In this document: positions 1-9,494 of the stretch, one piece after another
Layout of the letters: each line of letters opens with the position of its first letter
Numbering within the stretch: the first letter of the stretch is position 1
Source of the DNA: Paraspadella gotoi
Taxonomy: Eukaryota; Animalia; Chaetognatha
Assembly (NCBI GenBank): GCA_051294375.1
Contig: JBJCIZ010001125.1
Span: 1 to 14,022 of the forward strand
Length of the DNA stretch: 14,022 bases
Direction of reading: 5' to 3'
Translations under genes and position numbers: made by a program
The notes under the pieces: generated by a model
What the model saw: only the letters and a program-made list of their open reading frames with translations
Database searches by the model: none
Told to the model about the DNA's origin: nothing

Positions 1-408
1 GATTGAGGAGTCGGAAGAATCTGCGGTGATGCTGAAAAATTAACACTTGGGAGATAAAAATAGGGAAAAAGGAAAGGGGAAAAAAAAAGGAAGGGAAGAA
101 AGAGAGGGAAGGAAGTTCGAGTGAAATAAAAAAAGGAAAAAGGAAGAAGAGCAGAAAAGTGGAAATGAAGAAGAAACTAGTTTTCCCGCTTTCTTTCTCT
201 TCTTATATTATTCTTTTTGACAGTTTCTATAGTTTTTTTTTTTCTCATTAATGTTTCGTCTACGATTCGCTGTCTCGTCTCTGTTCTTACCATAACGTTC
301 TCTTCTGTCTACTTCGGTTCCACAATCTGTCGCGGGAGGGAAAAAAAACGCGTGCATTTGATGGAGACAGAAAAAACGGCAAAACAAATGAACAACCACG
401 TAGAACAA

Positions 409-425
409 AGAGAGAGAGAGAGAGT

Positions 426-459
<34 letters not shown>

Positions 460-481
460 GAAGGAGAGAGAGAGAGAGAGA
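409..481 (+). repeat. Imperfect (GA)n microsatellite
   Basis: Directly visible AG dinucleotide run with a few interruptions. Confidence 0.95.
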
Positions 482-585
482 ACGCGACAATTAAAATCCG
501 TTAACACTTTTCGAGCAGAGAATTAACAAGAAAAAAGAAAACAGAAAAGGAAATTTCAATTTAGATGCATTCGGGGCGAGGTTAA

Positions 586-611
586 TCTCTCTCTCTCTCC
601 TCTCTCTTCTC

Positions 612-682
<71 letters not shown>
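586..682 (+). repeat. (CT)n microsatellite, imperfect 5' part and pure 3' part
   Basis: Directly visible; it is the reverse complement of the (GA)n tract about 105 nt upstream. Confidence 0.95.
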
Positions 683-685
<3 letters not shown>

Positions 686-1280
686 GCTCAGGATTCCCAA
701 ACCAATGAGGCACATTTTTATGAACCACGCTTGTTGTCTTGGATAATTCGTTTGTCTGTTCCAAGAGAAAAGAATTTTTCTTTTTTTTATTTTAGTCGGA
801 CTCCAAAAATGGAGAAGAGAGGAAAAAAAATAGGAAAGAGCAGAAAGGAAAAAGCCCTTTGTGCAAATGGGACTCGATTCTCGTTGCGAGGCGAAACAAC
901 CGTTACGAATCGTTCGTCGTTGTTTCGTCGTCGTCGTCATTGTCATGGCATCCATAAAAAAAATATAAACGACTAATTCAACCATAAAAAACAAAAGGCC
1001 GTCTCTCTGCCCTCTGTCGTCGCCCTCTGACCATTCGACCAATTTTCCCGGGCGCATTTCCGCGTTTGAAAAAAAAAATGCGCGATACGAGGAAACTTGA
1101 TTTGGCGGAAAATGAGGCCGATTAAAATCGTTGAAACGCGCGGCGTCGGCGCGGGGGGGGCAAGGGCGTGCAATTGGCGTGCGAGGATTTCGTTTTGAAT
1201 GTCAGTTTTTAATGTTAGGGCGCCGACTGATTCCGGGCCGATATCTCAGATTTACAATGCATCGAGTTTAATTTCTCTAG

Positions 1281-1550
1281 CGGTTAAACAGATCAAAAGA
1301 ACTGTTTGCGAATACTAAAAGGCAATCGGACCCTTGTAAGCTCGGCAGGGAATTTGCTCTTTCGCCATGTTTCCGAACTGCTTCAACATATGACGTCGAC
1401 ACTTTCGAGTTTTGCGAAGCTGTCGATACCAAAGTTGGCCAATACATTAGGTTCAATATTTTAGCAGCTCTGCTTGATTGGCTGCCAATAATCGTCAAGC
1501 ATTACTCGCGACGCCAAGCAAGTTTGCAAGTCCTCGGTCAATACTTTTGA
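1281..1550 (+). CDS. Candidate terminal coding exon, unknown product (89 aa, no ATG, absent from the ORF track)
   Basis: Follows acceptor-like tttaatttctctAG (ends 1280). Open frame RLNRSKELFANTKRQSDPCKLGREFALSPCFRTASTYDVDTFEFCEAVDTKVGQYIRFNILAALLDWLPIIVKHYSRRQASLQVLGQYF* is high-complexity, unlike its surroundings. No upstream exon identified. Confidence 0.3.
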   Translation, partial: RLNRSKELFANTKRQSDPCKLGREFALSPCFRTASTYDVDTFEFCEAVDTKVGQYIRFNILAALLDWLPIIVKHYSRRQASLQVLGQYF

Positions 1551-2218
1551 GCGGCGGCGCGGGGCGGCTGCGCGGGTCGTACGCGGCGTCGCTCCAGAGA
1601 TTACATGGAGGAAACTTCCCCACGATTTTATCGAAGCAACGGTCGGCGGCGGGAGAGGAAATGGCAGCTGCGGCTGAGAAAAAAAAATGGGCTACAGGAA
1701 GGGTACACTGGTTACAAGGAAGTCGGCAGTCGGAGCGAAAATTGTGTAGTTTTGAAGAGAAAAGGGGCGAAAGGGGGAATCTTATAAAGGTGGTGGTGAA
1801 AGCTATATTTCCAAAAATTGGAAGAGATCTGAGGTCGGTAGGGTGGGGCATTAGAAAAGGAGAAAAGAAAAGAAAAGCGGACAATAGTTACATATCCTCG
1901 CAACGAGTGGTTTCGGGTTCTAGGGCTTCAGCCGTTTTCGCTTTCTATAATTCAGGTTTGCAAAAATGGGGGAGGGCCGGCAAGCGACAATTTCCTCGAA
2001 CGATTTGAGCCTTTTGAATTCGCGACCAAAGTTAAAAATCGCGACGCCGCCTCTGATGCCCGGGCGCCCTTTTTTCGGTGCGTCGCTCCGAGTCCCCGGG
2101 AGAATGCGCGTTCTCGAGTCGTCGTCGTATTGTTCGTCGTCGCAAACGTCTCGTCACCGTCGTCAGGCGGGAAGATATATTGACGAAACATCATAAAATT
2201 CCGTTTAAATCCACCTCA

Positions 2219-2327
2219 TCTCTATCTCTCTCTCTTCCTTCTCTCACTCTTCGCTCCTCCCTCTACTCCTCCTTCTTCTGCTCCTCGACCTTCTCTTCTT
2301 CTCTGCTCACCTCTCCTCCTCTTATCT

Positions 2328-2361
<34 letters not shown>
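2219..2361 (+). repeat. CT-rich low-complexity / (CT)n tract
   Basis: Directly visible polypyrimidine tract, followed by acceptor-like ttttttttcacAG ending at 2413. Confidence 0.9.
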
Positions 2362-2419
2362 CGTTTTCCCTTCTCCCCCAGTTTGTTTATTGACATTCCC
2401 TTTTTTTTCACAGGCTTAG

Positions 2420-2725
2420 AAACTGAGAGGGCACGAACTGTGGAAGGAGGGAAAATAGTGAAGTAAAAGAAAGCTCAAGGAATGAAGTTAAGAGAGAAGG
2501 AAGGAAAATAAGTAAAAATTAAATGTAAAACAAAATTCAAGGAGGAAAAGGAAAGAAGATTAAATAAGAAAAAAAAAAGGAAAAAAAGAGCTAAGGAAGA
2601 GATGGAAAATTAGGCAGCAATATATATATACAAGGAGAAGCTTGTGAGTAGAGCAAAGAGACTAAGAAAGGATTAAAGGAAGAAAAGAGAAAAAGAGGAA
2701 GAAAGAGAAAAAGAAAGGAAGGGCG
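2420..2725 (+). repeat. A/G-rich low-complexity block
   Basis: Strongly purine-biased, with AAG/GAAA-type runs. Confidence 0.75.
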
Positions 2726-3362
2726 TAGGTAGAAACCTTTTTAAGGTTACGAAGTTCCGTACTCACGTCCTCTCCAGCTGCCGTCGGGAATAAAAACCAC
2801 AATATTTTCTCCTCATTCGATTATTTTATTATTTATTTTCCCCCATCCTTTCTATTGCTATTTTATTTTTATTTATTTTTTTTTCTTTCTTTTTTATTTT
2901 TCTATTGTGAGACTCTAATTTTCAATCTTGTTTCTGGCCGGGGGTTCTCCAGGGCGGGGAGTTTCCTTTTTTCCTCAATGGTATTCCCCCGCTTATTTTT
3001 TCTTTATTTCCTTTTTTTCTTTCCCTTCTCACTCTCCTTATTCTTGTTCCTCTTTTCCTCACTTTTATCCAAAAGGGTCTTTTCTTGCCATCGTCGCGCG
3101 GAGTTATAGATTTTTCTTTTCGCTGATGTTTTTACTGAGATTAAAACACAAAAAAAAAGCTAATACTTTCCTTACCTTTTTTTTTTTCGCTGAAGCGGTT
3201 TTTTCGAAGGTACATATTTAGAACTTTTAGAAAGAATTCAAACGAAAATGCATTCTCGCTTCTTTCGTGTTATTTGGAATGGAAAATAATAAACACATAT
3301 GCGCGGTTTGTTTATATCACACGAGTAATAAAAAAAAAATCGATGGAGACGACGGACGAAGA

Positions 3363-3386
3363 GACGACGACGACGACGACGACGAC
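3363..3386 (+). repeat. (GAC)8 trinucleotide microsatellite
   Basis: Perfect GAC x8 with degenerate GAC flanks from 3348. Confidence 0.95.
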
Positions 3387-3679
3387 GAACGAGCATTTTC
3401 GCCGGATAACATCATCCCTCAACCGCAGAGGCTTTTTGTCTCGCACGCCCCCCTTCTTTTTTTTTCTGTTATGATTGGAGGATCGAAAATAGATCCTCTT
3501 CTCCTCTTCCTCCTCCCTATATATTTTTCTTTTCTCCATTCATAACTACTTATCAGATATCTTTTTTATTTATTAAGTATTCCTCAAACAATCTTTTTGC
3601 GGGATTTTCGATCTCCGTAGCTCTCACGGTTTCATTTATTTTCTGTTGGTGAAATTTTATTCTGTTCGACTTTTTTGTA

Positions 3680-4010
3680 CAATTTCCTTTGATCTTTCCT
3701 TCTCAAAATTTTTAGTTCTCTTTGCCCCGTTTTTTCTTCGTTTTTCCCATTATCCTTTCCTCCCTCTCCTTTTTTTCTTTCTTTCTTTACTCCCTCTATT
3801 ATGCCCCTTTTTCCAAAGTACCTCTTTCTCCCCTTCCTTTTTTTCGCACAACTCTCCACCCTATTAGTTATCCCCTGTCTTTCCTTTTCCTCGCTCTCCT
3901 TTCCTCTCTCCCCTTTACCTTCCTTTCCTTTCCTCCTTCTCTTCAATTCCTTCCTTTCCTCCCAACTCCTTTCCTCGCCTCCTTTCTCCTCCGCGCTCCT
4001 CCTTCATCAT
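3680..4010 (+). repeat. T/C-rich low-complexity block
   Basis: Pyrimidine-biased tract (TTTC, TTCC, CCT runs). Confidence 0.75.
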
Positions 4011-4317
4011 CGACCACGTCCGAAACTTCGCCCATTTTCCTCGTAACATCAATCTTTTCATCGTCCCTTCTACTCCGGATGAAACATCGGATAGTGCATC
4101 CGTTCTTCTTCTTTTTCCATTATTCGTTTTCCGTTATGTTATTGAAACCGTTGGGACAAGACACGGAGTTGAGGAAAGGCGACGGCCAGGCGATTCTGGA
4201 TAGGGTTAATTGGCGTCGCCCCGCGACGAAATCGGCGTAAATCTGCTTTCGGAAAATCCGCTTCCTGGGCTTTGCCCCGCCTACTCTGTTTTTCTTTATT
4301 TTTGCCGTTCCAAAAGG

Positions 4318-4407
4318 ATGTTGTGTCGTCGTTGGTCGTCGTTTCGTCTATTGTCGTCGAAAACGTTGTTGAGACTCTTCAAAATTATCGAAGAGATCAA
4401 CCCGAAG
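4318..4407 (+). CDS. Candidate first coding exon (30 codons) with mitochondrial-presequence-like composition
   Basis: ATG at 4318, then MLCRRWSSFRLLSSKTLLRLFKIIEEINPK, then a consensus donor AAG|GTAAGA at 4408 in phase 0. Arg/Ser/Leu-rich with no acidic residue in the first 24 aa. Part of it overlaps degenerate TCG repeats. Confidence 0.25.
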
Positions 4408-4524
4408 GTAAGAAAATCTCTTGCAATGAATGACTTTCACAAAGAATGAACCCCAGGCGCTCCTTAACAAAAAATAGAAAATTGTCGAGAATTAAAAAAA
4501 ATGTCTTTGGTAAAATTCGGTTTT

Positions 4525-4790
4525 TATAAAAAAAATAAAAGTATTAAAAAACGAAAAAGAAAAGAGGAAACAAGATGAAAGCAGACGAAAAACACGGGAA
4601 ATCTTGAAGAGAAAAGTTTGAAAAAAAGAAAAAAAAGTAAAAAACGAGAGAAAAAAAATCCTTGAAAAAAAGGACTAAAAAAGATGAAGTGAAAAAAAAG
4701 GAGGAAAAAAACATGAAAGGAGAGAAATTTTTTCCTCACCAAAGGGGAATTGAAAGTGGGGAGAGAAAAATGGAGGAGGGAAAAAAAATC
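4525..4790 (+). repeat. A-rich polypurine low-complexity block
   Basis: Runs of A interrupted by G. Confidence 0.75.
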
Positions 4791-4926
4791 TAGAGTCAAT
4801 GAACACCCGAAACGGTTTCTTCATCTGATTTATGGTTTTTTGGCCTCCTTTCTACAATTTTTGCGCTCGCGTTCCTTGGGCCTTTTAAACTTTCTCTCTT
4901 TTTTTCCTGCTCGTCTTTCTAATTTT

Positions 4927-4969
4927 TCTCTTCTCTCTCTCGCTCTTTCTCTCTCTCTCTGTCTCTCTC

Positions 4970-5013
<44 letters not shown>

Positions 5014-5037
5014 TCTCTCTCTTCTCTCTCTCTAATA

Positions 5038-5116
<79 letters not shown>
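4927..5116 (+). repeat. Long imperfect (CT)n microsatellite (~190 nt)
   Basis: Directly visible; source of the poly-LS and poly-RE ORFs. Confidence 0.95.
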
Positions 5117-5121
<5 letters not shown>

Positions 5122-5374
5122 CATTTCTCATTCCTTCCTTTTTTTCCTCCTCATTACGATCCTTTCGGAATTTTATTACCTAAAAATCGCGGAGTTTACG
5201 CCCCTTTCCCCCTTCTCAATCCTTCCAGCGGTGACTCTTCTTGCTCTGGATTAAGGAGGAAAAAAGAAAAAAAAGAATTAAAGCTAAAGAAACGAGTTGA
5301 GAAAAAAACAGAAGGTGGTCCAGATTCATTACGTGAATGCAAATGGGGAAAAATTATTCGTCCCGCTTTGCAGA

Positions 5375-5429
5375 CTCTCCTCTCTCTCTCCGCTCTCTCT
5401 CTCTCTCTCTCTTCTCTCTTCTCTCTTCT

Positions 5430-5468
<39 letters not shown>
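5375..5468 (+). repeat. Imperfect (CT)n microsatellite
   Basis: Directly visible; runs into acceptor-like ccctttcAG ending at 5479. Confidence 0.95.
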
Positions 5469-5859
5469 TTCCCTTTCAGTTTGCGATTATCGCTAAAAAA
5501 TTGATCAAAACTGTTTCGTGACTGAAAAGCGGCAAGGGAAAAAGCCACAGATCAATTATAGAGAGAAAAACAAATACTTTTTTCAATTTATATAAGAAAA
5601 AGGAGGTTAATATCCGAATTACAATTCGAGCGCAGATTAGGTTAAACAACAAAAAAAAAAATTTCCTCCATTAAATCATGGACATATTCTAAATCTATAT
5701 AATCGATCCTTTCTTTTCGTGTGTAGTAAATATTTAGAAAAAGTTTTTTATCCATAAGAGAAATCGAATCTTTAACTGTAACAGTAAATCTGTTTAACAA
5801 ATCAAATTTTCAATCACTATATTCAAAGATATATAATATACTAATCTCTTAGATTGCAG

Positions 5860-6325
5860 ACAAGAAGGTAAAAGAGAAAAAAATAACTGAAAATGAAAGA
5901 CAAGATTAAGACGAGAATAGAAATTGCAATCAACCGGGAGAAAGAGGCAACAGGCAAAGATAAACAAGCCGCCGGCGGAAAGGGATTAGAGAAAAAAATA
6001 GAAGAAGAAAAAGGGAAGGGAAAAATCAAGAAAAAAGAAGAGATGAAAACCAAAGCAGAAAGAAAAGGGAGGAAAAATAAAAAAAAAATGGAAAAAGAAA
6101 GGCGAAAAAAAGGGGCGACGAAGCGAAATAAAGAATCTGGTGTCTTCGCCACTGCAAATTGAAATAGATGGTGACGAAAATAAAGGGGAGAGGAAAAAAC
6201 GAAAAATTGGGAACCGAATAGAGAAAAAAAAAAAAATTTGACAGATAGACGAACTCAAAACTGAGATATAAAAAGGGCAGAAAAAAGGATAGAAATAAAG
6301 TCAGAAAGAGAGAGGAGAGAGAGAG
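5860..6325 (+). repeat. A/G-rich low-complexity block ending in a short (GA)n
   Basis: Purine-biased; source of the Lys/Glu-rich ORF 5893..6162. Confidence 0.75.
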
Positions 6326-7411
6326 TCGCGAGATTATTATACAGTAGACCTCCCCAGATTCAAAATTGTCTCCAAGTTCTCACTCGGTTCGCTTTCCGTT
6401 ATTTATAAACATTAGATAAGTTTTTAACTCAAATCTGGAAAAAAAAAAGTGTGACGCGTATTCAACCCAATGGAAGCGTCAAGTTCTTAGGCGCAATTTC
6501 GTGTTGTTAAAAGTTTTTTCTTAAAAAAAATAAATTCTTGATTTTTCCCCTATTGTAATTTTTTTATAAATAATTTGCTAACAAATGATTCAAAACTAAA
6601 GTAAGTATTTAAAAAAAATGTATTTTTTTAAAACAGGCATCTGTATTAAACGGATCTGTAAGGTTAAAAAATACTGGAAGTGAGGGAAAAATAACCGGAA
6701 GTAGTATTTAAAATAACCTTTTCTAGAAAAGATACAATTTTAGACCAAGGTAATTGAAAGAACTAAAAACTTATCATTTGAAGAGCTTATGCCTATATAT
6801 TAGAGAGCATTACAGTACGCATATATATTATACAATATATTTTAGCGTAGATATAAATAAGAATTTTTGTCGTACGAAGTATTTATTATCAAGTATTTTA
6901 ACGTCGCTCTCTTATTTGGTCAGTCCTTATGATGTTCTTACCCCAAAGGTATAAAAGAGACGTTTTCTTACCAAAACTTGAGGATAACTTACCAATGTTC
7001 GTGACAGTAAAAGGTAAGCATTTAAAATTGTTATATTTGCAATTTTATAATTAAGTTTAAAGTGACTATTTTTTTAATAAGTTCTATTTTTTATGTGAGA
7101 AATAGTCTCCTTTGACTTGCTACATGATCATGTCTTCACGCCCATTTTTATCTACTACAATAAATATTACTTTAGGAAGAACATTTTTGTATTCAAACAA
7201 CGATTTTATTATTTTATTGTTTGAATTTCAAAAATATAATAAAAACGCAACGAAAAAAGGAAAATTTACAAGTCTACCAATCAAATAAATATTACTAAAT
7301 TTTATATTCTTCAAATTTTTATAATAAATTAGCAAGTGAGAATATTACTAGCTTGGCTCATTGGCGTTACGGTAAATCCTAAAATAGACATGTTTCAACT
7401 CTTGTGGTTGC

Positions 7412-7448
7412 GAGAGAGATAGAGAGAGAAAGATATATATATATATAT
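7412..7448 (+). repeat. Compound (GA)n-(AT)n microsatellite
   Basis: gagagagatagagagagaaagatatatatatatatat. Confidence 0.85.
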
Positions 7449-7883
7449 CGGGAGCTTTTCCTGCGTCGATATTATAATGGTTGACAACAAGAACTAGAAA
7501 TAAAATAAAAGTTTTGAAATTATGAATTGTGAATGTTTGAGTTGCCTCACTCTCTGATTTTTAAAAATGGCGACAAAAAGGATTCAAAAATGTTATTACA
7601 GTTTAAAATGGGGTAGAGAGAGTAAAGCATTTGGATTTGTTATAAAACAAGTGCAAATAAAACAAAATATTGGTTAAAATATAAATGGTCCTAAAACCAT
7701 TTGAAGTTGGAGGCAACTGGCGGACAGTAAGTCGAGTTTGATGCTGTTTAGATCAGGATTAAATTCTTTGGAGAAAATTACTACACAAATGTCCATTGAG
7801 CCCACTGCACTTTCCAAGAGCCCTCTTCTCACCTTGTGGGTAAGTCATCCATTGTGGCTTCTTTTGCGACGACTCCTCTTCTC

Positions 7884-7931
7884 TATTTTCTAAAGTATCT
7901 TGAGGGACGCCCGTTCGTGGAGACGAACTAA
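7884..7931 (+). pseudogene. Ty3/gypsy pol RNase H-like remnant
   Basis: Translates YFLKYLEGRPFVETN*, resembling the gypsy RNase H motif F(R)xYLEGRxFxVxTDHKPL with one residue missing and a stop. Flanking codons do not extend the match. Confidence 0.35.
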
Positions 7932-8431
7932 GTTGCTTCAGTAGGGTTGACCTTATTAGATTCCCTTACCTCTTGTCTCATTTTCTTCTACCCCCCGTCC
8001 ACTCTCCATTCAGTTCTTTGTTGGAAACCGTTATCTCTCTCTTTTCCCTTTCTCTCTCTCAATCTGTTTTCTCATCAAATGTTTGGTAAAAATCTAATTT
8101 TAGTTTTGGCTGATGAAGTACTCGCAACCATAGATCCTAAACATGTCTGGTGTTTGAAATAAAAAATGTTGTTTGTAAACAATAAATTATTAAAAACTTT
8201 TGTTTTCCTTAAAATTTTCAAACGCAGTGAAAGGAAAGCCAAATACCATTATTATTATTTTGAAAATTTCCTATTTTATATGAATGTTATTAACTTGATT
8301 TATTTATTTTATGATGACTGTTCCCCCAAACAAATGAGCAAAATATTTTTGTATTCGATAATCATGCTATCTCACGTCTAAATACAATTTTTTTTGCCCG
8401 AAGAGCTCCACTCTAATTTAAAAGACAGTAT

Positions 8432-8490
8432 GGTTCTAGCCCGGTTGTCGCCTAGCAGTAGAGGGAGGCGCTTAACCCGCCTGTAACATG
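8432..8490 (-). mobile_element. Degenerate tRNA-derived (SINE head-like) fragment
   Basis: Minus strand reads caggcGGGTTAAGCGcctccctctactgctaggcgacaaCCGGGCTAGAACC. This gives a D-loop-like GGTTAAGCG followed at tRNA-like spacing by a B-box-like GGCTAGAACC (2 mismatches to GGTTCGAACC). No intact cloverleaf. Confidence 0.3.
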
Positions 8491-8619
8491 GATGTTCAGC
8501 CTGATCCAAACAGTCAGGGGACTGGCTTACATTGAACGGTTCTGTCATTATACACTTATCAATTTAATTTACTGGTCTCTTCAAAGAGAAGCTCTCAGTA
8601 ATGTCAATTTTAAACTTAA

Positions 8620-8664
8620 ATTTCCAATTATTTTTAATTATTATTTCCAATTATTTTAATTATT
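8620..8664 (+). repeat. Tandem duplication of a 22-23 bp AT-rich unit
   Basis: atttccaattatttttaattatt (8620-8642) followed by atttccaattattttaattatt (8643-8664), differing by one T. Confidence 0.85.
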
Positions 8665-9494
8665 TATTACAGTTATTGTGAGTAATTAAGTATTATTATT
8701 ATATTTTTCATTATTGTCATCAAGAATTTATTATTTTTTAATGAACAAAGAAAAAACTAAAGTTATAAGAAAGTGATGAAATTGGCATGTATTTTTCACA
8801 TCAGATGCCCCCTTGCTGCGGCTCCTGAAAGAAGAAGAGGAACTAAAACAATAATAATAAAATGGTAAAACAATAATTTGTTAGATTATTCATGAATAAG
8901 TAAGTAATTAATGAAAAGCTTAACGTGTGTTTTTGCATTGGTAACTTAATATTCAATTTAATTGGTACACATTGTACAAGACACTATTATGGCTGAGAAC
9001 CTCACTTCCGGTTAAGCCACGCCATCATGAACAAGCATATTTTTTTAAAGATTTCATAAAACACAAAAATGAGCGCGCAATAAAGCAATCAATGGTGAGA
9101 TGGATGTATTTTTTAAACATATTATTGGTGATACGCAATCCTTTAGGTATAGCATATTTAAAACGTCTTCGTTTTAATCATTTACTTATTCATTGTTCGC
9201 GGGCTATTTATTCTTTTTTTGCAATCGCAGAATACTTTTCACTTTTGACGACATATTCTATTTGGGGATATATATTGCAAAAGACACATTTTTCTTAATC
9301 AACAGAGCTTATTAAAATGAATTTAAGTATAAGAAATTAATGGGGAAACCTTGGACCGAGGAGAACTTAGTATGAGTGTTTTTTGAGGCTGGGATTCTAT
9401 TTTAGTACAAGTTTTCATCGAAATTTCTCAGAAATAAATGTGATTAAAATTCTTTTCACAGTCAGGATTCGTCTTTATAATATCTACTCAGAGA

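Noticed and set aside
2855-4240. Phe/Leu/Ser-rich 'membrane-like' and Lys/Arg/Glu-rich ORFs (also 4524-4799, 5841-6258, 12949-13197)
   Set aside because: Translations of polypyrimidine or polypurine low-complexity DNA, not transmembrane or nucleic-acid-binding proteins.
4390-4420. EINPKV resembling the N-terminal INPKV...EYAVRG motif of alanine aminotransferase
   Set aside because: No EYAVRG-coding exon was seen downstream; a five-residue match is insufficient.
4750-5496. Longest ORF (248 aa) and the other poly-LS / poly-ER ORFs (208-507, 491-1057, 582-764, 4830-5120, 5354-5548, 10989-11256, 11535-11768)
   Set aside because: They are open only because (CT)n/(GA)n repeats contain no stop codons; no domain content.
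7564-7573. AAAATGGCG YY1/PHO-type motif suggesting a Polycomb response element together with the GAGA tracts
   Set aside because: A single short motif, unknown host, and far from the main GA tracts; not distinguishable from chance.
9340-9375. MGKPWTEENLV*, reminiscent of the start of a psq-type HTH (pogo transposase) or a Myb repeat
   Set aside because: Only 11 codons before a stop, with no continuation in other frames.
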